64,000 nucleotides of DNA from Enterobacteria phage ATK47. Below the pieces are notes generated by a model. The model made no database searches. It was not told where the DNA came from and saw only the letters and a list, made by a program, of their open reading frames with translations. Position 1 is the first letter of the stretch. Each line of letters begins with the position of its first letter. Both the position numbers and the translations under genes were made by a program. Positions 1 through 9,889 of the stretch are shown here, one piece after another. Location: sequence record NC_055708.1. One strand, 5' to 3'.

Positions 1-2
1 AG

Positions 3-503
3 TTGGATGTTATTGAATTATTGGAAGAAGCGCTAATTTATTTGCAAAGTCAATATTTACCGATTAATAATGTTAAAGTATTATCATCGTTAGAAGGTGG
101 ATATTCGTATCTAGATATTAAACCATATGAAGCCCTGCGTGAAGCTATAAATAATATCAACGACACATGGTCAATCCGCCGTCTTATGCAAGCCCTCGGT
201 ACGGATGTTGTCGTTAATTTATTTGACCGTATGTATTGGGTTAAACTTTTTGCATTAAACTATATGGATTATATTGGAAGTGATTTCGATTACTATGTTG
301 TGACCGATACACGCCAAGTCCATGAAATGGAAACCGCTAGAGCGATGGGTGCTACAGTTATTCATGTGGTTCGCTCTGGTACGGAATCCACCGATAAACA
401 TATTACAGAAGCTGGGTTGCCTATTGAAGAAGGTGATTTAGTTATTACAAACGACGGCTCTTTAGAAGAGCTTTATTCTAAAATTGAAACAATCTTAAGG
501 TAA
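3..503 (+). CDS. 1: dNMP kinase gp1, 5'-truncated at window edge
   Basis: Translation matches remembered T4 gp1 C-terminal half (WSIRRLMQALGTD, DRMYWVKLFAL, ARAMGATVIHVVR, GDLVITNDGSLEEL). Confidence 0.8.
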   Translation: MDVIELLEEALIYLQSQYLPINNVKVLSSLEGGYSYLDIKPYEALREAINNINDTWSIRRLMQALGTDVVVNLFDRMYWVKLFALNYMDYIGSDFDYYVVTDTRQVHEMETARAMGATVIHVVRSGTESTDKHITEAGLPIEEGDLVITNDGSLEELYSKIETILR

Positions 504-507
504 TAAA

Positions 508-1193
<686 letters not shown>

Positions 1194-1204
1194 TTTTACA
1201 AAAC

Positions 1205-1244
1205 AGTTTACATAAGGATGATGGCGTGTTACTATCATCCTATC
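1205..1244 (+). promoter_or_regulatory. early promoter (GTTTAC -35, TACTAT -10) inside palindrome ggatgat/atcatcc
   Basis: -35/-10 spacing and flanking inverted repeat read directly. Confidence 0.5.
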
Positions 1245-1269
1245 AAATAAACGACCTCAAGGAAATAAA

Positions 1270-1557
1270 ATGAAAACCTATAAAGAATTTATATCACCTG
1301 ATGCTAACGTTTCTACTCTGACCGAAGCGACCCTTACTTCCGAAGTTATTAAAGCAAATAAAGGACGTGAGGGTAAACCAATGATTAGTCTGGTTGACGG
1401 CGAAGAAGTAAAAGGTACTGTTTACTTAGGGGATGGATGGTCTGCTAAGAAAGATGGCGCTACTATTGTTATCTCTCCGGCTGAAGAGACTGCACTGTTT
1501 AAAGCTAAGCATATTTCTGTAGCTCAGCTTAAAATTATTGCAAAAACCCTTCTGTAA
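1270..1557 (+). CDS. internal-protein-like (capsid-targeting N-terminus MKTYKEFI)
   Basis: N-terminus matches T4 internal protein capsid targeting sequence consensus MKTYQEFIAE; LxE sites for prohead protease. Confidence 0.6.
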   Translation: MKTYKEFISPDANVSTLTEATLTSEVIKANKGREGKPMISLVDGEEVKGTVYLGDGWSAKKDGATIVISPAEETALFKAKHISVAQLKIIAKTLL

Positions 1558-1560
1558 GTA

Positions 1561-1600
1561 GTTTACATGCTGATAGGATTATGGTATAGTAGTCCTATCA
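1561..1600 (+). promoter_or_regulatory. early promoter with -10 inside palindrome ataggatta/tagtcctat
   Basis: GTTTACA then TATAGT; inverted repeat flanks -10. Confidence 0.5.
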
Positions 1601-1620
1601 AAATTAATTAGGAAAATAAA

Positions 1621-1929
1621 ATGAAAACTTTCAAAGAATTTATCAATGAAGCGGCTGCACCAAAGACATTCGTTATTAATACTCAAGCGAGTCTTGATGA
1701 TGAGTACGCGGATGCAATTCTGAGGTCACTTGCTAAGAACGGCGTTGAAGTATCTGCATCAGACTTTAAGAAAGGGTCTTCCGAGATGTTTATTTCTATA
1801 GTTAAAGGATCTAAAGCTAAGATTAAATCATCATTCGGAGTTGCTCGTACCGATCAAATCGACAGTCATGACTTTAAACAAACCGGCGTTAAACGGCAGA
1901 ATACGATTGCATCACGCGGAATAAAATAG
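1621..1929 (+). CDS. internal-protein-like (MKTFKEFINE N-terminus)
   Basis: CTS-like N-terminus; SD AGGAAAA upstream. Confidence 0.6.
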   Translation: MKTFKEFINEAAAPKTFVINTQASLDDEYADAILRSLAKNGVEVSASDFKKGSSEMFISIVKGSKAKIKSSFGVARTDQIDSHDFKQTGVKRQNTIASRGIK

Positions 1930-1940
1930 TTTATAAAACC

Positions 1941-1980
1941 GTTTACTTTTAGATAGGGTAGTGATACTATTACCCTATCA
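1941..1980 (+). promoter_or_regulatory. early promoter with palindrome tagggta/taccctat
   Basis: GTTTAC -35, TACTAT -10, inverted repeat. Confidence 0.5.
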
Positions 1981-1998
1981 ACTACTGAGGAGAATAAA

Positions 1999-2184
1999 AT
2001 GAAACGCGCTGAACTGATTCGTAATGTTGCTGTAGTAATTGCTTCAATGGCTTTTAGTTTTTCGATGTTTGTAGGATTCATTTGTGGACTACTGACAACA
2101 ACTGAAAATTCTATCTCATTGGTAGTAGCATTTCTAATCGGTTTAATCGCTATTGTTATGGATAAAATTGCAAAAGGTGAGTAA
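1999..2184 (+). CDS. small hydrophobic membrane protein
   Basis: 61 aa ORF with SD GAGGAG; two hydrophobic segments. Confidence 0.45.
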   Translation: MKRAELIRNVAVVIASMAFSFSMFVGFICGLLTTTENSISLVVAFLIGLIAIVMDKIAKGE

Positions 2185-2185
2185 A

Positions 2186-2548
2186 ATGAAATATCACGTA
2201 TATGCGGATTTTGAAGCAAATCCTTCTAAAGACCCGGATTGTCGTTTATTCCGTAATCCGTTTGATTCAGCAGCTCAAGCATGGGCCTGGATTAAAACTT
2301 GTACTCCTTCTTACACTTTCTTTGAAGTGGTAGATGATAATGGTGTTTTGCATCCAGAACCTACAGAAACTATTAATTTCCTTCTGTTTGCTGGTTATGA
2401 CTGTTATCCTCTTGGTGGTATTGACGACCTTGTTGCTACAGGAAAAACTGTTGAAGCTCTTCGCGAAATTTATAAAAACGCAGAAGAAAATTTTGACTGG
2501 TATCATATTGTTGATGCTCATACCTTTGAAGTGGTGGAACATTCATGA
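2186..2548 (+). CDS. hypothetical protein
   Basis: ORF with SD GGTGAG before ATG at 2186; tight packing. Confidence 0.5.
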   Translation: MKYHVYADFEANPSKDPDCRLFRNPFDSAAQAWAWIKTCTPSYTFFEVVDDNGVLHPEPTETINFLLFAGYDCYPLGGIDDLVATGKTVEALREIYKNAEENFDWYHIVDAHTFEVVEHS

Positions 2549-2835
2549 TTCTTTATGCTAAGGTAAAATCCGTTGAGAATGGATATGAAAGCGATCAACG
2601 TGCAGCTAAAGCACTAGTCGATTACTATGGTATTTTGACCCACTTTGAAGTTGAAAAGGTTTACGTCGACCGTTCATCTTCACAGGTTAAATTACTTTGG
2701 GAAGACCGCAAATTTAATAGTGTGAACTTTGATTTCTTTATTGAAACAGAAAAAGGTCCTCTTGAATATGATATTTTCAAGAATCCTTTAAATCTTGAAT
2801 GTATTGAGTATAATTACATTAATATGGTACGGTGA
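2545..2835 (+). CDS. hypothetical protein
   Basis: 96 aa ORF, ATGA overlap with upstream gene. Confidence 0.5.
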   Translation: MILYAKVKSVENGYESDQRAAKALVDYYGILTHFEVEKVYVDRSSSQVKLLWEDRKFNSVNFDFFIETEKGPLEYDIFKNPLNLECIEYNYINMVR

Positions 2836-2839
2836 GTAA

Positions 2840-3355
2840 ATGAATATTTGTTTAGGCAGTACAATTCCTAAGGGTTATGTAATTGATGTCACTACCTATG
2901 AAAATGACGGGGACAACTATAAAACCAAAACATTGTTTGAAGTGGAAGAGCATGAGCTCCAACAGTTTAAATATCTCTTGAAGAAATTTAAGAGTCGTCA
3001 TTCCAGCACTAAAGCTGAACGTTACTGTGGTAATACACCATTCAGTGACTGCTCGCTTATTATCTACGAATATCTGGTTGAAGGGCTGTTCTCAGACCAA
3101 CTCCGACCAGAATTTATTAAAAAGGTCTTTGGCATCGAAGTAGACCTTGGTGATAAATCTGAAGAAGACGAAGCCCGCGTATTCGACCTGTTCTTTGTGA
3201 AAGGCGATGAGATATCTCAAGGACTTATTGATATTCTTGGCTATGCTTCTGAATACTATGATTACGATTTCTTGCGTGTAGTTGAACGTGTCGAATTTGC
3301 TTATATTGAAGAAGAAATTGTTTTGCCAACTGTTAAAATGATTGATTTGCTTTAA
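2840..3355 (+). CDS. hypothetical protein
   Basis: 171 aa ORF, SD GGTGAG upstream. Confidence 0.5.
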   Translation: MNICLGSTIPKGYVIDVTTYENDGDNYKTKTLFEVEEHELQQFKYLLKKFKSRHSSTKAERYCGNTPFSDCSLIIYEYLVEGLFSDQLRPEFIKKVFGIEVDLGDKSEEDEARVFDLFFVKGDEISQGLIDILGYASEYYDYDFLRVVERVEFAYIEEEIVLPTVKMIDLL

Positions 3356-3434
3356 GAATTATGTGTTATTATTAATTCATACCCTCTATTACCAAAGGTG
3401 CTCTAAAGTGCCTTTCATAATAGAAAGTTATTAA

Positions 3435-3509
3435 GGCCCTGTAGCTCAATGGGAGAGCTGTCAGCTCATAACTGATAGGTAGCTGGATCGAAACCAGCCA
3501 GGGTCACCA
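3435..3509 (+). tRNA. tRNA with CAU anticodon (Met or lysidine-modified Ile), includes encoded CCA
   Basis: Hand-folded cloverleaf: acceptor ggccctg/cagggtc, D stem gctc/gagc, anticodon stem gtcag/ctgat, loop CTCATAA, T stem gctgg/ccagc. Confidence 0.75.
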
Positions 3510-3512
3510 ATT

Positions 3513-3589
<77 letters not shown>

Positions 3590-3607
3590 ACTTCAAGTGA
3601 GGAAAAT

Positions 3608-3952
3608 ATGAAAGGTAATATTTATCTGGTAGTTCATGATTTAACGTTTTATTTTAACGAACAGGATACAGTTATTTCCGACCGGTTGATTAATTCATTA
3701 TATCAACACGCTGATTACGTTTATTTCCAAAATGAATTTGGCCATTGGAAGTTTCTTAAAAACCGTTCCGGGTTAACTAGTTTTGAATACTTTGACCGTA
3801 AAGACCTTTTAAACGAAATCCCATTGCAACATCGGTTCCAGAAACGCGAATCACTATACTATTGTCGCCATATACCAAATGCTGAATGTGTTTATGAAGC
3901 GATTAATCTATGGCGTCGGCGTCGAGAGCAAATTGATGATATGCCAAAATAA
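3608..3952 (+). CDS. hypothetical protein
   Basis: ORF with SD GAGGAAAA before ATG at 3608; upstream part of tracked ORF overlaps the tRNA. Confidence 0.45.
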   Translation: MKGNIYLVVHDLTFYFNEQDTVISDRLINSLYQHADYVYFQNEFGHWKFLKNRSGLTSFEYFDRKDLLNEIPLQHRFQKRESLYYCRHIPNAECVYEAINLWRRRREQIDDMPK

Positions 3953-4263
3953 GAAGCCGGGTCGCTACCGGCAAGTCGTCGGACTGATGTTCCCTGAGTA
4001 AGGACTGGTCTTAATAAATCTTTATGATTTGTTAATATCCCCTTACATCACAGCAGAAACGGCGCACAAAATTATCGATTCGAGGAAATATCTTTGCCGT
4101 AATCCGAGTAGCGTTTTTGACGGAACGTTCGGATATGGTCGAGATATGGCCTTTTAAAAATATTGAGTAGCGTCAACTGCTTAATAACCAGGTTCAAATC
4201 CCGGCGTTTCGTACAAACACTTGCCTTAGCAGGTGGAACCCCGACAAGGTTGCCGCAAGGCTT

Positions 4264-4290
4264 AGCCCCTTCCGAAAGGTTGGGGCTTTT
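4264..4290 (+). terminator. rho-independent terminator hairpin (gcccc..GAAA..ggggc + T-run), copy 1 of 3
   Basis: GC stem, tetraloop, U-run. Confidence 0.55.
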
Positions 4291-4335
4291 GGCATAATAA
4301 TAAATAGATAAGTTAATTAACTTAGGAAAAGCAAC

Positions 4336-4800
4336 ATGAAATCATACGCTGAATTTTTGACTGAACAATCTAGTTCAGATGTAAAAGCCGCTGCGATTGC
4401 AGCAATTCAAGCAGGTAAATATTCTTACAAAGACGCCTCTGATGAAGAACGTTTCCGTTTTATTAGAGATTTTAAAGCCGAAGGTTTTACTAATGCTAAT
4501 ACTGTTAGCCGAGTTTTTAAAAGCCTAGCTGCATCAGGTGAATTGTTCCAGAAAGCTACAGGTAAAGCACCTGCGCCAAAAACAGACCCTAAAGCAGCTC
4601 AAGAAAAAAATATCGCCAAAGGAATTATTTCTAAGTATGAAGCAATTCTTAAAGAGCTTTTAGTAATCAAAACAGAAGGCCAGAAACTGGCACGAGCACA
4701 TAGCTTCAAAGATAATCCTCACGCTCATAGCCTTGAGTATGTTGAAGATATCCAAAAACTTATTAAAGACCGTATCTGGTCTGCTAAACAAATTAAATAA
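4336..4800 (+). CDS. internal-protein-like (MKSYAEFLTE N-terminus)
   Basis: CTS-like N-terminus; SD AGGAAAAG. Confidence 0.55.
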   Translation: MKSYAEFLTEQSSSDVKAAAIAAIQAGKYSYKDASDEERFRFIRDFKAEGFTNANTVSRVFKSLAASGELFQKATGKAPAPKTDPKAAQEKNIAKGIISKYEAILKELLVIKTEGQKLARAHSFKDNPHAHSLEYVEDIQKLIKDRIWSAKQIK

Positions 4801-4806
4801 TAGAAT

Positions 4807-4834
4807 GCCCCTTCCTTATGGTTGGGGCCTTTTG
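4807..4834 (+). terminator. rho-independent terminator, copy 2 of conserved hairpin
   Basis: gcccc ttcc ttat gg tt ggggc followed by CTTTT. Confidence 0.55.
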
Positions 4835-4866
4835 GTATCTAGGGCATAAAAATATTTCATAAAGAT

Positions 4867-4906
4867 GTTTACTTCTTCCCTAGATGTGTTACTATAGATT
4901 TATCAA
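4867..4906 (+). promoter_or_regulatory. early promoter (GTTTAC, TACTAT)
   Basis: consensus elements upstream of 4924 gene. Confidence 0.5.
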
Positions 4907-4923
4907 CCACAGAGGAAAATATT

Positions 4924-5427
4924 ATGAGTCTTTACACTGAACTGAATAAAAAATCTGAAGAATCTGCTGAAACTATTTTTAAAAACGTGCAAAAGCGTAT
5001 TTTGGAAAAGATGTACGATGCAGCATCTAAAGGTGAAAAATCTTGCCGGTTTCCGATGAGGTGTTCTTCTGATTTATGCGCAAATACTATTGAATGGCTG
5101 GAAAGTGAAGGTCTTACGGTAGAGAAAAACCCGGCGACTTCTATTGACAGTGAATCATATATTAGTATTTCTTGGGATAAATCAAGGGTAGAAGAGAAAG
5201 ATGGTGATTGGGTTGTAGATGTTAAAACTTCTGATGGTGGACGTTCTGTTGAAGTTTCAGCTGTAGTTAAAGGTACCCACGGACAAAGGACTTGGGGTTG
5301 GGGTGGTGAAGAAAAAGAAATTGTTCTTAGTGTGATTGCAAGGTCTACTAGCAATAAAATTGCCCAGAGCATCATCTATGCTGCATGTATCGAAGCTGGA
5401 AAAATTTGCAAAATTAAAAATAAATGA
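4924..5427 (+). CDS. hypothetical protein
   Basis: 167 aa ORF with SD AGAGGAAAA; the antisense ORF 4932..5375 is treated as its shadow. Confidence 0.5.
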   Translation: MSLYTELNKKSEESAETIFKNVQKRILEKMYDAASKGEKSCRFPMRCSSDLCANTIEWLESEGLTVEKNPATSIDSESYISISWDKSRVEEKDGDWVVDVKTSDGGRSVEVSAVVKGTHGQRTWGWGGEEKEIVLSVIARSTSNKIAQSIIYAACIEAGKICKIKNK

Positions 5428-5485
5428 TGTACAAACACCATGGACGGTGTTACTATAGACCTATCAAATCAAGAGGAGAAACAAA

Positions 5486-5713
5486 ATGGCTAAAGTTAGT
5501 ATTGATGTCGTTGATTATGAATACACAGAAGAAGTTATTCGCAACCGTCACCCTGAAGTTCGTATCGATTCAGTACAAGATTCCAAGTTCTGGACAACTG
5601 AGCTTAATCTGAGTGGTCCTTATGAAGCTGTTAAGAAGTTCATGGTTGAAGAATACTGCGAAGGAATGCACCCGGAAGACGCCAAGTTTTATGTCAATTT
5701 GATTAAAAAATAA
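5486..5713 (+). CDS. hypothetical protein
   Basis: 75 aa ORF with SD AGAGGAG. Confidence 0.5.
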   Translation: MAKVSIDVVDYEYTEEVIRNRHPEVRIDSVQDSKFWTTELNLSGPYEAVKKFMVEEYCEGMHPEDAKFYVNLIKK

Positions 5714-5748
5714 TTTACAAACTCTTGAGAGCAGAGTATAATGCTCTC
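5714..5748 (+). promoter_or_regulatory. promoter cassette: TTTACAAACTCTTGAGAG..GAGTATAAT with -10 inside palindrome gagagca/tgctctc
   Basis: near-identical second copy at 36017-36052 with compensatory stem changes. Confidence 0.5.
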
Positions 5749-5783
5749 ATTGGATAATAAACCACCAATTGAAAGGTAATAAT

Positions 5784-6377
5784 ATGAACACACTGAAGAA
5801 ACTTGTTGAATTCATCCGCACTAAACTGGGTACTGCTATGGCTAAAAATCTGACTGTCGAAGAACAGTATAACGCAGCTGCAGATAAGTTGATTACCCAA
5901 ATCAAAGAACTAAAAACGGCTTCTGTTAAATCTATTAATGAAGAAAAACGTATTCGCGAACTTGTTAATGAAAAGAACAAGCAAGCCGCTTCTAAGGAAC
6001 GTGAAATTCGTAAGCTCCTGGCTGAAGGACAAGATGTTACCATGCATGCTAAGCTTGGTCTTCTGTATCGTCGAACTGCCGAACAACTTAATACAAAAGC
6101 TGACGGGTATGCCGCTATGCGAATTGAAATTGCTCGTAAGGTGGTTGAACTTGATGATGCTCGTCAGAACCTGGCAATCAAACTCGAATACATTCGTGAA
6201 ACTCGAGCAGCCAATGCCCTTGGTATCTCTACGGCTGATGATGTAATTGAAATCGCTGCACTGACTAAGGTTGATATCGAAGACACTCTGACTCGTGTTG
6301 AAACGTTCAATGGCACTCCAGCTGGTGTCGAAACCACTTCTGCTGATGTACAAGAATATATTAACTCTTTGAAATAA
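5784..6377 (+). CDS. coiled-coil protein of unknown function
   Basis: 197 aa, heptad-rich, SD AAAGGTAA. Confidence 0.5.
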   Translation: MNTLKKLVEFIRTKLGTAMAKNLTVEEQYNAAADKLITQIKELKTASVKSINEEKRIRELVNEKNKQAASKEREIRKLLAEGQDVTMHAKLGLLYRRTAEQLNTKADGYAAMRIEIARKVVELDDARQNLAIKLEYIRETRAANALGISTADDVIEIAALTKVDIEDTLTRVETFNGTPAGVETTSADVQEYINSLK

Positions 6378-6385
6378 AATAATAC

Positions 6386-6408
6386 GGAGGACTCCGGTCC
6401 TCCTTTTG
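6386..6408 (+). terminator. rho-independent terminator (ggaggac tccg gtcctcc TTTT)
   Basis: perfect 7 bp stem and T-run. Confidence 0.6.
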
Positions 6409-6426
6409 GATAATAAAGGAGTTAAC

Positions 6427-7029
6427 ATGCGAAACCAAAATAATGATATTGACTCAATGTTCGAAGAGTTCCGAGATAAGGTAAATCCACCTACGTCCTT
6501 AGTTGATTCATTACGATATGTTGCAACCGGACGTAAATGGTACTGGTCGTCTTCTTATGAGACCACCGAGAAAACGGCTAGCCATAGCAGAAAATCTTTA
6601 TTAGCCCCAGGTATTATGATTCATGATATCGGAGCTATTGCTAAACTAGTTGCAGACCATGATATTAGATTCACTGATTTCGTTGCTCCTACGTGGTCTG
6701 TTTGTTGTTTAAACACTGAATGGGAATATATCAGCGAACGCTCTGAAGATTATTATGGTTTTAGAGATAAGCTTCTGAGGTCTAATATGTTTTATATCGA
6801 TACAGAAGTTCTAGTCGATAATAAAAAATATTACTTTACGTTAATCATCGATTCTGAAACTATGTATGAAGGCAAGCCTTTGCTTAAAAGAGTTGATGCT
6901 TTAAGTGCTATTGATGCGCTTTATGAAACTATGGTTGTTAGTCCTAATTTCACTAACAATTTAATCCTTGAGCAATTTATTATGGAATGTAGAGAATATG
7001 TCAAAGCCAACCCTATACATGCCAAGTAA
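6427..7029 (+). CDS. hypothetical protein with FIMECR motif
   Basis: 200 aa ORF, SD AAAGGAG. Confidence 0.5.
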   Translation: MRNQNNDIDSMFEEFRDKVNPPTSLVDSLRYVATGRKWYWSSSYETTEKTASHSRKSLLAPGIMIHDIGAIAKLVADHDIRFTDFVAPTWSVCCLNTEWEYISERSEDYYGFRDKLLRSNMFYIDTEVLVDNKKYYFTLIIDSETMYEGKPLLKRVDALSAIDALYETMVVSPNFTNNLILEQFIMECREYVKANPIHAK

Positions 7030-7393
7030 GCCCTGGGCGTATGAATACAAGCGTAAATTAATCCCAAATGAAGTACTATTTGGCCCTATTTTAGCTTTAG
7101 CATTTTTAATCTTTATGATTATAGGAGCTGTTTTAGATTCTAGTGAAGTTATATCGTCTGATGCAGCATTTTCATTAATGTTCGTCGCACCACTTATTGT
7201 ACCGTTTTTATTAATGCCTATTAATTGGGCGGGATATTGGCACCAAGGCCGTCATCACAGAGCCCGATTAAGAGAATGGAAAGTTCAGTGCGCAAAAGCC
7301 CAAGCTCAGTATGATGAAGCTGTTAAAAAGTATGAATATGAAGAAGCTATGGAATTCGTTAAGGAAATAAGATGCAAAAGCCTCAACTCTTAA
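7019..7393 (+). CDS. membrane protein, variant C-terminal motif (EFVKEIRC)
   Basis: hydrophobic segments; start uncertain (6998 or 7019). Confidence 0.4.
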   Translation: MPSKPWAYEYKRKLIPNEVLFGPILALAFLIFMIIGAVLDSSEVISSDAAFSLMFVAPLIVPFLLMPINWAGYWHQGRHHRARLREWKVQCAKAQAQYDEAVKKYEYEEAMEFVKEIRCKSLNS

Positions 7394-7731
7394 CCGTATG
7401 GCCTTCTCTTGGTGAGAACATTCTAATTTTTATTATGAGTATTGGCATGGGATTTGCCTTTGGATTAGTTGGATTTCTTATTGACGGCGTTGTGTTAGGA
7501 TTTATAGGGAACACTGGTGGATTCACAGACCAATGGCAGGACTTACGGTATACCCAAGCCTTTGCATCCATCGCATCATTTTGTACTGTAGTCTATTTTT
7601 ACTACGATTTTATAAACCACAACAAGAAAAATAAAAAGGTTTACGCTTCTCAAATGATTAGTTATAATGAACTCCTAGCTAGACGTGAAAATGAAACAAT
7701 CGAAAACTTTATTAAGGAATGTAGAAAATGA
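7372..7731 (+). CDS. membrane protein, C-terminal NFIKECR motif family
   Basis: two TM segments; C-terminus IENFIKECRK. Confidence 0.45.
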   Translation: MQKPQLLTVWPSLGENILIFIMSIGMGFAFGLVGFLIDGVVLGFIGNTGGFTDQWQDLRYTQAFASIASFCTVVYFYYDFINHNKKNKKVYASQMISYNELLARRENETIENFIKECRK

Positions 7732-8033
7732 GTAAGATTATTGAAATTAAAGTACCAGAGTTTAATGATGCCAAATCCGCTTCAGATGCAATTTATAAAC
7801 TTCTGAATCAAGCTGAACGTATCGAAGAAGAAGCAACAAAGATCGCAGACCAATATGCCGTATCATTTTCTGTAGGTGATTATGGTAGTGGTCGTACTTA
7901 TTATCCTAAGGGTGAAATCGTATCCCAGTGGATGAAAGATGAAATTGAAAATAATGGCGGCGATGTTAAGCGTGAAGGTAATGGATACGTTATTACTGAA
8001 GGTGCTTGGGTTTCGTCTTCTGCGTTGTGCTAA
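7728..8033 (+). CDS. small protein, C-terminal GAWVSSSALC (paralog 1 of 3)
   Basis: tandem paralogs share C-terminal motif. Confidence 0.5.
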   Translation: MSKIIEIKVPEFNDAKSASDAIYKLLNQAERIEEEATKIADQYAVSFSVGDYGSGRTYYPKGEIVSQWMKDEIENNGGDVKREGNGYVITEGAWVSSSALC

Positions 8034-8042
8034 GGAATCATT

Positions 8043-8315
8043 ATGTCTAAAGAACAAACCGAACTGGCTGAAGCTGTAGCAAAAATCTATGCAGCTATTG
8101 AGGCTGCCAAAGAAATTGCTGATAAACAAAACACAACATTCGACTTGTATCCAGCTTATGGTATGGGTGGAACCTATCATTCACCAGGACATCTTAAAGC
8201 CGATCTTGAACGTTGTACAAAAAACGGTTATGCCGAATGGGCTGACGTTTACCAATACGACTACAACCTGAGCCTCGAAACTGGTGGTTGGGTCGCATCT
8301 TCTCACACTTGCTAA
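8043..8315 (+). CDS. small protein, C-terminal GGWVASSHTC (paralog 2 of 3)
   Basis: SD AAGGAA; shared motif. Confidence 0.5.
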   Translation: MSKEQTELAEAVAKIYAAIEAAKEIADKQNTTFDLYPAYGMGGTYHSPGHLKADLERCTKNGYAEWADVYQYDYNLSLETGGWVASSHTC

Positions 8316-8324
8316 GGAAACAAT

Positions 8325-8522
8325 ATGTCTCGTGAATTAGATTGTGCTGTACGTACGGCAGTAGCTGCTCTGGAAAACCTGTTCCAAATTGCAACAGAAG
8401 AACGCGAAGAAGTTACATTATGGATTGAAGATAACGCAGGTCTGAATCTCCAGGACGCGATCTCATTATCCCACAATAGTATCACTGTTCAAGGCTGGGT
8501 ATCATCTAGTTATTCTTGCTAA
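8325..8522 (+). CDS. small protein, C-terminal QGWVSSSYSC (paralog 3 of 3)
   Basis: SD AAGGAAA; shared motif. Confidence 0.5.
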   Translation: MSRELDCAVRTAVAALENLFQIATEEREEVTLWIEDNAGLNLQDAISLSHNSITVQGWVSSSYSC

Positions 8523-8526
8523 AACA

Positions 8527-8566
8527 GTTTACAACAAGATAGGGCTATGTTATAGTAGTCCTATCA
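8527..8566 (+). promoter_or_regulatory. early promoter with -10 inside palindrome
   Basis: GTTTACA, TATAGT, inverted repeat atagggcta/tagtcctat. Confidence 0.5.
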
Positions 8567-8584
8567 AAACAAATGGAGTCCACA

Positions 8585-8824
8585 ATGATTTATTACGAAA
8601 GTATCGGAACCAAAGTGGTTGGTAAAACCATTACTCGTGAAAAGTTTGCAAAGATATTCGATATGCGTTATAAAAAATCTGAACACAAAGGCATCCGATT
8701 CGAAGATGCGCACTGTACAATTTGCCCTTATAATGAAGACATAAACGGTACAATCGTTCCATTGGTAGAGGCTTCACATGATGACCTCTGGGATGAATAT
8801 AATATCGCATGTCGTGAAATTTAA
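8585..8824 (+). CDS. hypothetical protein
   Basis: SD GGAG 6 nt before ATG at 8585. Confidence 0.45.
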   Translation: MIYYESIGTKVVGKTITREKFAKIFDMRYKKSEHKGIRFEDAHCTICPYNEDINGTIVPLVEASHDDLWDEYNIACREI

Positions 8825-8852
8825 GTTAATGAATTAATCCGAGGAAAATATT

Positions 8853-9809
8853 ATGATGTTAGTTATTGGTTCTCGTGCACTTCACTATCACGGTCTTATT
8901 GATTCTAGCGCTATTAAAAATAGTGATTGGGACTTTATTGCGGACCAAGGTTCTTGGAATGTATTCAAAAATCAAATGATGGGTGTATATGTTCACCAAG
9001 ATAACCCTGATGTCCAAGTTTTCAAATGCTTCCATAACGGACGCGAAACTCATTTTGAAGCATACATCGTTCCGGCTATCACTAACGTTCGCGAACTAGT
9101 CGGTGAACTCACTCCTGAAGATTTCACGTCTTCTTATGACCTTTTAAAATACGCCAAGAAAAATTTGACTAAAGACCGTTTGAACGGGTTTTACTGGGCA
9201 ACTCCTGAGATATGTCTTGCAATTAAGATGTCTCATCGTTTCAAGAAAAATAATCCATTCTTTTTAAAGACTATGAACCATATTCAGTATCTTCGTGGTA
9301 AAGGTGTTACACTGAACGATGAACTTACTGAAATTATGCTGAAACGCCAGAAAGAAACCTTGAATTATGCTCACCCAGTTCTTGACACTTCTAAAAGTGC
9401 GTTCTTTAAAGATGACATCTATACATATGACCATGATACTATTCATGAAGCCATTGCACTAACAGACCGTCCAGCGTATACATTTTATATGAAAGATGGT
9501 TCTGAAGTCATGACCTCACGCGAGAAGTTCGAATCATTACCAGAAATGGTCAAATTGGCCGGCGTATACGAAGAATCATGTGTACTAGCGTTAGAACGTT
9601 CTCAGATTCCTAATAACTTTGAAATCCATCCACGTGATAGTTTTATGATGGCCCTTGAAAAGGTCTGCACATCAATCACATCAGGATGGTTCCGTGAGTT
9701 CGCTTGGGAAAATTATAGCAAAGTAGTAAGTATGTACCAAAGCTTAGGACACGACGATTACGTCAAGCGTTTCAAACAAAACTTTCATATGGTAAAACCT
9801 TTCAAATAA
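8853..9809 (+). CDS. hypothetical protein (318 aa)
   Basis: long ORF with SD GAGGAAAA. Confidence 0.55.
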   Translation: MMLVIGSRALHYHGLIDSSAIKNSDWDFIADQGSWNVFKNQMMGVYVHQDNPDVQVFKCFHNGRETHFEAYIVPAITNVRELVGELTPEDFTSSYDLLKYAKKNLTKDRLNGFYWATPEICLAIKMSHRFKKNNPFFLKTMNHIQYLRGKGVTLNDELTEIMLKRQKETLNYAHPVLDTSKSAFFKDDIYTYDHDTIHEAIALTDRPAYTFYMKDGSEVMTSREKFESLPEMVKLAGVYEESCVLALERSQIPNNFEIHPRDSFMMALEKVCTSITSGWFREFAWENYSKVVSMYQSLGHDDYVKRFKQNFHMVKPFK

Positions 9810-9821
9810 TTTCACAAAACA

Positions 9822-9860
9822 GTTTACAAGGTCTGTAGTTGTTGATACTATAGACCTATC
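9822..9860 (+). promoter_or_regulatory. early promoter with palindrome aggtct/agacct
   Basis: GTTTACA, TACTAT. Confidence 0.5.
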
Positions 9861-9889
9861 AAAACAAATGAGTGAATGGAGATATAAAA

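Noticed and set aside
1866-2219. Minus-strand ORFs overlapping + strand genes (this one and others such as 4932-5375, 5910-6428, 12309-12650, 40051-40539, 41834-42286, 46041-46481, 55279-55644)
   Set aside because: They lie antisense to well-supported + strand genes, lack Shine-Dalgarno sequences and have low-complexity translations; treated as shadow ORFs
5784-6377. PspA/IM30-like annotation for the coiled-coil protein
   Set aside because: Only general coiled-coil character, no convincing motif match from memory
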